Source: Azolla caroliniana (lineage: Eukaryota; Plantae; Polypodiophyta). From it: DNA of 64,000 bases. Position numbers and translations under genes: made by a program. The notes under the pieces are model-generated. The model was not told the DNA's origin and ran no database searches. It was given only the letters and a program-made list of their open reading frames with translations. The DNA lies in NCBI GenBank assembly GCA_043228905.1, contig JBHGNT010000016.1:2356001-2420000 (forward strand), read 5' to 3'. Below, piece by piece: positions 1 through 10,300 of the stretch; positions within the stretch are counted from its first letter, which is position 1, and every line of letters starts with the position of its first letter.

Positions 1-135
1 TGGGCCTGGACCGCGACGACGAACAATCCGAAACCGAGGAAGAACCGACGGGCGGGGAATGAAGGCTGGACCGGTTTTCTCCGTCCCGACTCAATTTGGC
101 GCATGCCGGTGGATGCGCGGTTAGGTGGGGGCGGA
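1..135 (+). mobile_element. 3' end (integrase C-terminus, stop codon, PPT) of an upstream tandem copy of Ty3/gypsy element A
   Basis: 1-135 is identical to 5849-5983 (end of integrase ...EEEPTGGE*, TGA at 60-62, then purine tract AGGTGGGGGCGGA at 123-135) and directly precedes the LTR at 136. Confidence 0.93.
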
Positions 136-766
136 TGTCGTGAAGAAAACCGTCCACAAGCAGAATCGGTGCACAGGAGCGTAGGAACCGGCTCTTCTCG
201 AATGTTGTCCATAGAAGATCCTAGGCGGGTGGATTTAGTGGGTAGGAAGTAAAGGGGGAAACGGCTCCTTCCTTGCCTATAAAAAGGAGGGAGACGAGAA
301 GGGGGGGGGGATCGCGGAGAGTCGAGGACGAAGTGCTGTCGGTTTGCGTGCGAAGGCTTCTCTCTCTCTCTCTGGTTCGCAAACTCCATAGCTCCCTTCT
401 GTGCAGGTTTCGGGAGGCTCGCGCTGCTCTGAGGAATTCCCGAGTGCTTCCGGCAGCACCTCCAACCTGTTCCTGTCTTTCTGTGCGTTTACGAACAGGT
501 ATCAGCATCTGTTCGCCGGCCTGTTCGGTTGTAACCGACTTCGTGTTTTGTTGTCTTCGTGTTCTTGTTGTTTGTCTTTGTTAATACATACATACATTCG
601 TGTCTTTCTGTGTCGCTGTCCCACTTGCGTCTTTGCGTCGAAGGGCCGTGTCCCTGTGGATCTACGCTCGCACGTAGAGGCTTTCTTCCCCTTCCTCTCT
701 CGCTCTTTGGTACAGGACCCCCGAGGTTCCGCCTCATTCCACGCATCCGCGAGGAATACCTCGACA
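136..766 (+). repeat. LTR A1 (631 bp; shared between two tandem copies)
   Basis: TGTCG...CGACA termini, TATAAAAA at 278-285, PPT before and PBS after; about 98% identical to 5984-6621. Confidence 0.95.
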
Positions 767-770
767 TCTT

Positions 771-788
771 TGGTGAACCCGACGTGAA
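771..788 (+). promoter_or_regulatory. Primer binding site complementary to the tRNA-Trp 3' end
   Basis: TGGTGAACCCGACGTGAA, 4 nt after the LTR; reverse complement of the plant cytosolic tRNA-Trp 3' end as I recall it (...TTCACGTCGGGTTCA-CCA). Confidence 0.88.
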
Positions 789-810
789 GGAGGCGGCAGA
801 AGAGCAGAAG

Positions 811-2118
811 ATGAGGGGGTCGGATCTTGCGGAGGCCATGGCTTCGGCCGTGTATCGGATATTGAGCACACGCGAGGGCACCGGCGCCCTCGACAGAGCC
901 ATTGAGGCGGTTGTCGGTATGATCGGCCGTTTCAGCGGAAACGATGCTACGAAGTATTTGGCGTCCTACGAGGCGGAAATGCTGATGCGGGACATTCCGG
1001 AAGAGAGGCGTCTTGCCGGGTTACCTCGAGTGGCGATGCCGAGCATCCATGCGGAGGTGCTCGAGGTACGGGCGGAGAGCCGTACCTGGGAGGAGTTCGA
1101 AAGCCGACTCCTAGAGAAATATGGGCTGGACGATGCGCTCCGGCTTTCGAAACGGGACTTCATGGAATGGGTGGAGTCCCCCGGCAAAGGAAGAAACGCG
1201 TCGGCACTCCTTCGGGAGTTCGAAGAACGCTTTGCACGCCTTTCGGCGCTTGACCGAACTATCCTGGATACGAGCCGGGTCCTACTGTTCGTCAAGTCGG
1301 TGGACGAGCGGGATCAGGATCAAGTCGGCTCCTTGCTGGAAACCGAAGACGGGTTGACAACCGACTGGGCTGCGGTTAAGAGAGTCTGTGGCCGTTTGGA
1401 CAAATGGCGAGAATGGGCTGACAACGGGGCGGCCGGTGCGGGCTCTATTACAGCAAGGAGGCTTGAACCGGCGCCGCAAGTACGAAGGGAAGAAACCCGG
1501 GAATGGCTCGAAACCGGTCCGGCTTCGACCAGCATGGTCAATGGCTCGTCCGGAGGAGCAGCGCTGGAGGAGTTGACGCAGGCGATAAAGGATCTCCAGA
1601 TCGCTCAGACTCGAAGGGAAGGCGGCGAACCGGCTCGTGACCGACGGCCGGCAGTAGGGAACAGGTGCATGTGGTGCGACGAGGTCGGCCACATACGGAA
1701 GGACTGCGGCGATTTCGCAGAAGCGTTGAGGAGCCAGGTGGTGTACCTGTGGGAAGGCCGGGTGCACGCCGGCGACACCAGAAGGGCCTTAAACCGAAAC
1801 GATGGACGAGGAGGTATGAAGAGACTGATGGAAGAGGCAGCGGCCCGACACGTGGAGGCTATCCACTACTCGGCGTCGGCCGGCATTCGGGTCGGGGGCA
1901 GTGAGGCCCGAAAGGAGGGCAAAGACGGATTCTGGTCGGCAATGCTGGAAGGTCTTGCCAGCGCACGGCCAAGGAAAGATGAAACGGACCGTGCTGAGAG
2001 ACGGGTCTGGGAAATAACCGGGTGGAGCGATCCGGTCGAGGAGAAGACGGGCTTCGTAGAAGCCGCCTCCCGGAACTACGAGGCTCTGGTTAAACCTGAT
2101 GTCCATGGACTTCTATAA
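811..2118 (+). CDS. gag: Gag of element A (C-terminus probably lost by internal deletion)
   Basis: First ATG after the PBS is in frame with ORF 559..2118; zinc knuckle CMWCDEVGHIRKDC; the frame ends just after the junction to protease sequence near 2090. Confidence 0.85.
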   Translation: MRGSDLAEAMASAVYRILSTREGTGALDRAIEAVVGMIGRFSGNDATKYLASYEAEMLMRDIPEERRLAGLPRVAMPSIHAEVLEVRAESRTWEEFESRLLEKYGLDDALRLSKRDFMEWVESPGKGRNASALLREFEERFARLSALDRTILDTSRVLLFVKSVDERDQDQVGSLLETEDGLTTDWAAVKRVCGRLDKWREWADNGAAGAGSITARRLEPAPQVRREETREWLETGPASTSMVNGSSGGAALEELTQAIKDLQIAQTRREGGEPARDRRPAVGNRCMWCDEVGHIRKDCGDFAEALRSQVVYLWEGRVHAGDTRRALNRNDGRGGMKRLMEEAAARHVEAIHYSASAGIRVGGSEARKEGKDGFWSAMLEGLASARPRKDETDRAERRVWEITGWSDPVEEKTGFVEAASRNYEALVKPDVHGLL

Positions 2119-2530
2119 GAAGGGAAAGTGGCCGATCAACACCAAGCACGGGTGGAAGATACGGGCGGCGACGCGCGCCACCGAGGAACTACACGGGGCC
2201 TGCCCGAACGTGCGAGTCAAGATCGGCGACGTCGAGATTGACCAACACTTCTTCGTACAGGAGACATCCTCGCACCCGGTCATATTAGGGGAACCGTACA
2301 TCACGGTGGTGCGAATGGAGACCAAGGTGCTGGACAACGGTTCGGCCTACGCGAGGGTCAAAAGCCAGGACGGGCGCCATTCGGTTCAGTTTCTGACGGT
2401 GCGGCCGAACCACGAGAGAAACCGCGAATCCCTCAGTGGCGAGAACCTGGAGGATTTTTTGAGAGGGCTGCCAAGGCGTGGGGCCGAGACAGTCCGGACA
2501 CTCGGGAAAGACCCCACGATTGTACGATAG
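2093..2530 (+). pseudogene. C-terminal half of aspartic protease (catalytic D-x-G motif absent)
   Basis: NLMS...VKIGDVEIDQHFFVQ...VILGEPY is the retropepsin C-terminal signature; no D(S/T/H)G motif precedes it, and it is out of frame with gag. Confidence 0.8.
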
Positions 2531-2565
2531 GTAGGAGATTTTGCTTCTCCGACAACGGAGGGTGT

Positions 2566-5500
2566 ATGATAGTCGGCATCGTTGACCGAGAAAAGACAAG
2601 GGCGGAAGAGCGACTTCGAGCGTGCGGAGTTCTCGGCCCGGACGAGGAAATCAGCGGAGCCGTGGAGGCGGTCTCCTTCGACGACACCTTGGGGATGCTG
2701 AGGAAGGTAGCCGGAGAAGACCTTAACGAAGACCGGACGATACCGGTATGTTCTGAAGAGATGTACGAAGTCATCGCGAACTTCAGTCGGGGGCTCGGGT
2801 CGGATCGGATGGCCCGAGTTAGCACGAAGTACAAGACTGTGGATCGGAAGGTAAGGCCGGTCGCGGCACCCTTGCCGGAGGGCAGCGAGTCCCGAATCAG
2901 AGGGGTGGCGTCGGACCCCAGTTTACGAGATCCGGCCTGCATAGGACACACCTTCACCGACGGAACGCTCTGGGAGCTCAAAATCGGTGGGGGCGGGTTC
3001 CTACTGCCGGCGGAGGAAGACCGGTTTCGGAGAATGCTCGGAAGGCACGGGAAAGCCTTCGCATTCTCACCGGAAGAGATCGGGTGCGTGGAGCCGATGG
3101 TGCTATTCACGGTACCGCATGTACCGTGGAATCTCAAGCAGATTCCAGTACCGAGAGCTCACATCCCGAAGTTGATGGAGCTATTGAGGCAGAAAGTCGA
3201 TATGGGTATTCTCGAACCGTCGAGCGCGCCATACTCGAACCGATGGTTTACCATACCAAAGAAAAACGGAACATTGCGCTTCATTCAGGACTTGCAGCCG
3301 GTCAACAGAGTGACCATCCGGAACGCAGGAATCGGACCGACCATAGACGAGTTCGCGGAGGCCTTCGCCGGAAGGTCGATTTACTCGGTCGATGATTTGT
3401 ACTCGGGGTACAACCAGTTCCAGCTAGCCATGGAGAGCAGAGACATTATGACGATGCGAACTCCCCTCGGCCTAGTGCGAATGTGTACCCTGCCACAAGG
3501 AGGGACCAACTCGGTGGCCCACATGGTGAATGCAATGAACAAAGTACTGAGGGATTGCATTCCGGACATCACCATGCCGTTTCTAGACGACATCCCTATC
3601 AAGGGGTGCCCGGTGGAAGAGAAGGACGAGACACTCGGGCCAGACGGATGCCGACGATTCGTAGCAACACACATCGACGACTGCGAGAAGGTGCTACAAA
3701 GGCTAGAGGATGCGAGGCTCACCTTCTCCGGGGAGAAATCGGCCTTCGGGCAATCAGAAATCCTGGTGGTCGGGCACCTATGTGGACCATATGGCCGGAA
3801 GCCGTCTCCGGCAAAGGTGGAAGCCATCTCCGCGATGAAGACCGAATGTAGCTCGGTTACGGAAATTCGGAGGTTCCTAGGGGCATGCGCGTTCTACCAC
3901 GTATGGATCCCGCATTACGCCCACGTTGCGGAGCCACTATACGGGTTGCTGAAGAAGGGGCAAAGATTCGAGTGGCGAGACGAGCACACGGAGTCGGTCC
4001 GGAAGCTGAAGGAAGCTCTTGCGGCAGTACCGGCGCTCCGGAAGGCTGTCTACGAGAAGGGTACCCCGGTATACATAACGGTGGATACGAGCCCGACCGG
4101 GATCGGATGGGTCGTCAACCAAGAAGACGAGGACGGCACCCGGTTCCCGATCCGATTCGGCGCTAAGGTCCTCAGTGAGCGACAGCGAGGGTAAGCCCAG
4201 GTTAAACGCGAACTCTGGGGTATCGTTTCGGCGGTAAAGGCGGACAAAGACTACCTGATCGAGACAGAAGTGATTATCGAAACGGATTGCCTGCCGATTC
4301 TCGGCATGGTTTCCGGATGCGCGACACCGGACTTGGCGATGCTCAGGTGGATAGCGTACATCAAGTCCCTGGACCTGGAGATACGACACATTTCCGGAAA
4401 GGACAACGCCATGGCCGACATGCTTTCGAGGGCGAGGTTTGATGACGAGGGCAGCATGGTTTCGGAGGACGAAGAAGTCAGCGTGGACTTCTTCGAGGCG
4501 GCGTACGTGACGACCAATGGGGCGAGCACTCCGGCATTTAACGGCTTCGACGAGAGCAAGTACGACGGCGAGTGGCTGCAGATCGGTAGGTTTCTGAGGA
4601 CAATGACGCCGGATGCGTCGTGGACGAAGGACGAAGCCAACCGAATCCGAAAGAAAGCTTACCGATTCTTTCTCCGGGACGGATACTTATGGAAGCACCC
4701 GAAGAAGAGGAACGGCGTCCCGCTCCGGGTGGTGGCGATGAAGGAAGAACAGGAGGAGCTGCTGACGGGCTACCACGACAGCCCTTGGGCCAGACACCGT
4801 GGAACGTGGGCCACGTTCGAGAAGATAAAGGGGAAGTACTGGTGGCCGAGACTGTACCGCGATGTGCATCGGTTCGTGACGACTTGCGAGAGCTGTCAGA
4901 TGCACTCCGTAGTCCGACATCGGGACGAGCTTCACCCTACATACCCTTCGACCATCCACTTCAAATGGATGGTAGACCTGGTGACGATGCCGATGGGAGT
5001 AGGACAGATGCGGTATCTAGTCCTGGCTCGGGAAGATCTGACGAACCAGGTGGAAGGCCGAGCCCTTCAGAACAAAACGACCGCGGTTGTATGTCGGTTC
5101 CTGATCGAGGACGTGATATGCCGGTACGGGTGCGTCGGGAAGATCGTGGCTGATCGCGGGGAGTTGGACGCCGAAGAGGCCGAGGAGCTGTTCAACCGGC
5201 TAGGAGTCAAGCTCTCGCTTACCACTGCGTACAATCCAGAGGCGAATGGGAAGGTTGAGCGCGGACACGGACCGATCGTCAAGGCGTTAGTTCGGGCATG
5301 CGGAGGGCAAGTCGGGAACTGGCCGCGGTTGTTGCCTTACGCGTTGTGGGCGGACCGAGCTACGCACAGTTCGGTAACCGGATTCATGCCGGCAGAGCTC
5401 ATGTTTGGGCAGAAGCTGGTCATGCCGATGGAACGTACGATCTCCTCGTGGGCAACCGTGGATTGGAGAGACGAGATGAGCCGGGAGGAACTACTGGCGG

Positions 5501-5910
5501 CGCGTATACGACAGCTCGAGCGAAGACCGGAGGACGTGGAGCAGGCTGCGGAAAGGCTTCGGGAAGCAAGGATGAGGAACAAAGCCCGGTTCGACCGAAC
5601 GCACCGGCTCCGACCGAAGAAGATCGAGGAAGGTGACTGGGTGCTAATCTACGACAGCAGCCTTGACAACCAGCACCGAGCGACACGGAAGTTCGCAAGA
5701 AGGTGGTTCGGGCCTTACGTGGTACAAAGCGCCAACGACAACGGGACGTACCATCTGGCGGAGCTCGACGGCACGAGAATGGCGATACCGGTAGCTGGGA
5801 AGCGGATCAAAGCATTCAAGAAGCGTCACAACGACGAGCCGGATCCAGTGGGCCTGGACCGCGACGACGAACAATCCGAAACCGAGGAAGAACCGACGGG
5901 CGGGGAATGA
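2566..5910 (+). pseudogene. pol: pol (RT-RNase H-integrase) of element A with one in-frame stop
   Basis: RT motifs LRFIQDLQPVN, LPQGGTNS, PFLDDIPIKG; RNase H VDTSPTGIG, ETDC, DNAMADMLSR; integrase H-H-C-C, VDL/ADRG/NGKVE, WFGPY. ORFs 2566..4194 and 4270..5910 share one frame, separated by TAA at 4192-4194 (RQRG*AQVKREL, Tyr expected). Confidence 0.93.
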
Positions 5911-5970
5911 AGGCTGGACCGGTTTTCTCCGTCCCGACTCAATTTGGCGCATGCCGGTGGATGCGCGGTT

Positions 5971-5983
5971 AGGTGGGGGCGGA
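5971..5983 (+). promoter_or_regulatory. Polypurine tract of element A
   Basis: AGGTGGGGGCGGA directly 5' of the LTR TG. Confidence 0.85.
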
Positions 5984-6621
5984 TGTCGTGAAGAAAACCG
6001 TCCACAAGCAGAATCGGTGCACAGGAGCGTAGGAACCGGCTCTTCTCGAATGTTGTCCATAGAAGATCCTAGGCGGGTGGATTTAGTGGGTAGGAAGTAA
6101 AGGGGGAAACGGCTCCTTCCTTGCCTATAAAAAGGAGGGAGACGAAAAGGGGGGGGGGGGGGGGGATCGCGGAGAGTCGAGGACGAAGTGCTGTCGGTTT
6201 GCGTGCGAAGGTTTCTCTCTCTCTCTCTGGTTCGCAAACTCCATAGCTCCCTTCTGTGCAGGTTTCGGGAGGCTCGCGCTGCTCTGAGGAATGCCCGAGT
6301 GCTTCCGGCAGCACCTCCAACCTGTTCCTGTCTTTCTGTGCGTTTACGAACAGGTATCGGCATATGTTCGCCGACCTGTTCGGTTGTAACCAACTTCGTG
6401 TTTTGTTGTCTTCGTGTTCTTGTTGTTTGTCTTTGTTAATACATACATACATTCGTGTCTTTCTGTGTCGCTGTCCCACTTGAGTCTTTGCGTCGAAGGG
6501 CCATGTCCCTGTGGATCTACGCTCGCACGTAGAGGCTTTCTTCCCCTTCCTCTCTCACTCTTTGGTACAGGACCCCCGAGGTTCCGCCTCATTCCACGCA
6601 TCCGCGAGGAATACCTCGACA
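5984..6621 (+). repeat. LTR A2 (638 bp, 3' LTR)
   Basis: Matches A1 apart from about 10 substitutions and a poly-G length difference (G17 vs G10). Confidence 0.95.
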
Positions 6622-7348
6622 GCGTGCACTCAATATCTGATCCACGGCCGAAGCCATGGCCTCTGCAAGATCCGACCCTTTCATCTTCTGCTCTTCTGCC
6701 GCCTCCTTCACGTCGGGTTCACCAAAGATGTCGAGGGTTTCCTCGCGGATGCGTGGAATCAGGCAGGACCACGGGGGTCCTGTACCGAAGAGCAAGAGAG
6801 AAAGGAGAAGAGACCCACTACGTGCGAGAGTAGATTCACAGGGACACGGCCCTTCGACACAAAGACGCGAGTGGGACAGCGACACAGAGAGACACGAACG
6901 TATGTATGTATTAACAAATACAAACAACACAACACGGAGTCGGTTACAACCGAACAGGCCGGCGAACAGATGCCGATACTTGTTCGTAAACGCACAGAAA
7001 GGAAGGAGTAGGTTGGAGGTGCTGCCGGAAGCACTCGGGCATTCCTCAGAGCAGCGCGAGCCTCCCGAAACCTGCACAGAAGGAAGCTATGGCATTTGCT
7101 AACCAGAGGGAGAGAGAGAGAGAGAGAGAAGCCTTCGCCCACGAACCGACAGCACTTCGTCCTCGACTCTCCGCGATCCTTTTCCCCTCCTTGTCTCCCC
7201 CCTTTTATAGGCAAGGAAGGAGCCGTTTCCTATTAACTTCCTACCTACCGAGGATCTCCTATGTACAACATAAGGCGCACGTGTATGAAGAGCCGGTTCC
7301 TACACTCCGGTGGACCGATTCCGCTTGTGGACAGTTTTCTTCACGACA
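6622..7348 (-). mobile_element. 5' end of related element B (LTR 6729-7348, tRNA-Trp PBS 6707-6724, start of gag), inverted and interrupted by A
   Basis: Reverse complement aligns to A 136-873 with more divergence than A1 vs A2; same termini and PBS; gag start MKGSDLAEAMASAVDQILSAR is cut exactly at the end of LTR A2. Confidence 0.93.
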
Positions 7349-10300
7349 CCGTTCGCTTGCGGATAGTATGGTGTGCTCCGTTTATGGACAACGGCATAGA
7401 ATGTCGTCAGGCTTTCAACTACTTGGCCGAGAAAGTGTCCCCCTTGGTCGCTTATTAATTTGATTGGGCATCCGTAACGGCACCAGATGTACTCGTATAG
7501 AAATTTTGCCGTTGACGCAGCGGTGGTGTCTCGTAAGGCTTTGGCCTCCACCCATTTCGTGCAGTAATCCGTCGCGACGATGACGTACCGATTACCTGTT
7601 CTTATTGCCGGTGGTTTGAACGGTCCGACAAAGTCCAGCCCCCACTTCTGGAATGGTTCGAGTGGTAGTACAAGCTGGTGTGGCATCCGAGCATGCTCTG
7701 TTGGCTGGCCCATTCACTGGCATAGGTCACATTCTTTTGCGTACCGTACAACATCTCTTAATGTCGTTGGCCACCATAGGCCACTTTGCCATATTTTCCT
7801 GGCCGTCGCATCTCCGGCAACTCCGCAGTGGGCTTCCCTCAGTATGAGGTCCTTTTCATCGCTGTGCCCAACCTGTCTCCATATGCCGTCCGCGCCCTTG
7901 TGGTAAAGTGTGTCTCGCAGTAAGCAGAAATGTCGGCTTTGCACCTCCAGGCGTTTCCTTTCGTCCCGGTTCATCTCTTCCGGAGGCAGTCCTGTGCTCA
8001 GAAATTGGTACATATTTGTGAGCCACTTCTCTTCCTGTGCCACTGTCTCATCTGCTGCCGTTTCCGTAGTGACTCGAAACAGCTCCGCATCCGAAAACTC
8101 GTCCGCTACTCTGTCACCCGTCTCTCCGGACTCTAATCGGCTTAAGTAATCCGCCACGGCATGTTGTATACCGGGTCGGTGGAATATTTCAAACTCGAAT
8201 TCCTGTAACAGTAAGGTCCACCGGGCCAACTTACCGATGAGTGATGCTGTCGTGACGATTTCCGGCTACGGTGTGAAACCGAGTGAGATGAATAAACCAA
8301 GGATGTGCAACATTGCACATGCACTTAGCAAATAAACCTAGCCTAGTGGCACTTGAGTTCATACAGAGGGGTGCAAGCAAGGATTGAACCTTGCACCTCT
8401 AAGATACAAGATAATTGCCTTACCACTAGGACAACTATCATATAGTGTAGATTTTATGTATTTCCTTTTCATATACAAATTATAGACGAAACAACCATAG
8501 AAAACCATGTGCACAAAACCATGGTTTTAAACCCATGGTTTGTGCATGACATAAGCAAAACCGTGTGCACAAAACCATGGTTTTAGCCCATGGTTATGTG
8601 CATGTCACGAGCATGGAAAGACCTATAAAAGCCTCTAGTTGGGCTTGTGTAAGGGGGGTTCAATATGTGATATCACCAACACCACTATCATGAATATAAT
8701 TATATTTGTCTTTATCTTCTTCATGTTTTTCTACTTCTCAAGTGTACAATCTTTCTTCTTCTCAAGTGAACAAATTTCATCCAATCTTACATTGATCGTC
8801 ATCTAACGTCGATAATTCCGCGAACGTCCTCCCCAGTCCAAGACCCCGGTGGTCGCTCGAGTAGCACACGCACGCGCGAATCTTCGCGACAACGCTTTGA
8901 ATACCAGGTAAAGGAGTGCCAAATGATCTACATGGAAGGACAACTTCCTTCCCAATAAATAATGCCGAAATTTTGTCACACTGTAGATCATCCCTAGAGC
9001 TTCCCGTTCGGAGGTAGAGTAGTTCCGTTCCGCTTGGGATAGCTTTCGGCTGGCATAGTACACTGGCCGGTACCACTTTGGCTCCGTAAGCTGCATCAGT
9101 ACGCTTGCGATTGCAATGTTGGAGGCGTCCACGAACACATGAAATTCTTTACTCCAATCCGGAGGCTGCACTACCGGTGCTTGCGACAATAGTACCTTGA
9201 GGGCCCTATACGCCCTATCCTCGGTGTCGGTCCACTGGAATGGTGTCCGATGTACGGCGGCATGCAACGGTGTAGCCAGGTCGGCCAAGTATCGGAGCAT
9301 CCGGTTGTGCCACCGGATCTGGCCTAAGAACCGGCTCAATGCCTTTGCCGTTGCCGGCGCCAGTGCTTCTAATATGGCTTTCACTTTGTCCGGGTCGACT
9401 GCAATACCTTCCTGGCTCACAATATGTCCTAATAAGGTTCCACTGGACACGCCAAATACACACTTTGCCGGATTCAAGCTTAGCCGGTACGCTCTACACT
9501 TTTCTAGACAAAGATGGAGGTGCTGAAAATGGTCCTCATCCCGGCTATAGACGGCGAAATCGTCAAGGAAAACCTACATAAAAGCCGGGATATATTGACC
9601 AAAGATTTCCATGATGATTCGTTGAAATGTTGCCGGTGCCGTTTTGAGTCCGAACATCATCACCACGGCCACAAACACCCCCCATTCGGTGACGAAAGCC
9701 GTTTTCTCTTGGTCGTCGGGGTGCATCCGGATCTGATTATACCCGCTGAATCCATCTAGAAAGCTATAGACCTCATGGCCGGCGACGACATCCAACACTC
9801 CATCTGTGAACGGAAGTGGAAACGCATCCGTTACCGTAGCCGCATTGAGTTTCCGGTAGTCCACACAAACTCGAATTTTTTCGTTCTTCTTCGGTACGAC
9901 TACGATCGGGCTCAAGCATGTCGCTTTCTTTACCAGACGGAGAAAGCCAACTCTTAGCAGTTTGTCGATTTCCTCCTTGACTTTGGCGGCATAATTGGGA
10001 TTCATCCGGTACCGTCTTTGTGCCACTGGTTTTGCGTCCTTGCTCAAGTGAACCTGATGCTGGTATAACTGAGGGTCGAGTCCTCGCATGTCTTCGTATG
10101 ACTAGGCGAACACGTCACGAAATTCCGTGAGAAGTGTGATCATCGTCGTTTTGTCTTCGGACTTCATCTCCTTGGCGATGTGCACCGGTTTTGCTTCGTT
10201 CGTGGTCCCTAGGTTCACCTCTTCAAGTTGCGACGCTTTTACGCGCTGTGAAACGGCCATTTCCCGTTCCAACACTTCCTGCGCTTGCCGTAACTCTCGG

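Larger units (their letters stand above)
136..6621 (+). mobile_element. Ty3/gypsy LTR retrotransposon A (non-chromovirus; defective copy)
   Basis: Two LTRs (136-766, 5984-6621) with TGTCG...CGACA termini, PBS, gag with CCHC knuckle, PR-RT-RH-IN order, PPT before the 3' LTR, and no chromodomain after the integrase GPY motif. Confidence 0.96.

Noticed and set aside
4192-4194. Programmed stop-codon readthrough within RNase H
   Set aside because: It falls at a conserved Tyr position inside a domain and lacks a known readthrough context; a TAC-to-TAA nonsense mutation is simpler.
221-7463. Numerous overlapping and antisense ORFs in and around the LTRs, including the 559-810 extension of gag
   Set aside because: Expected in GC-rich, stop-poor sequence; several use non-ATG starts and none shows a recognisable domain.
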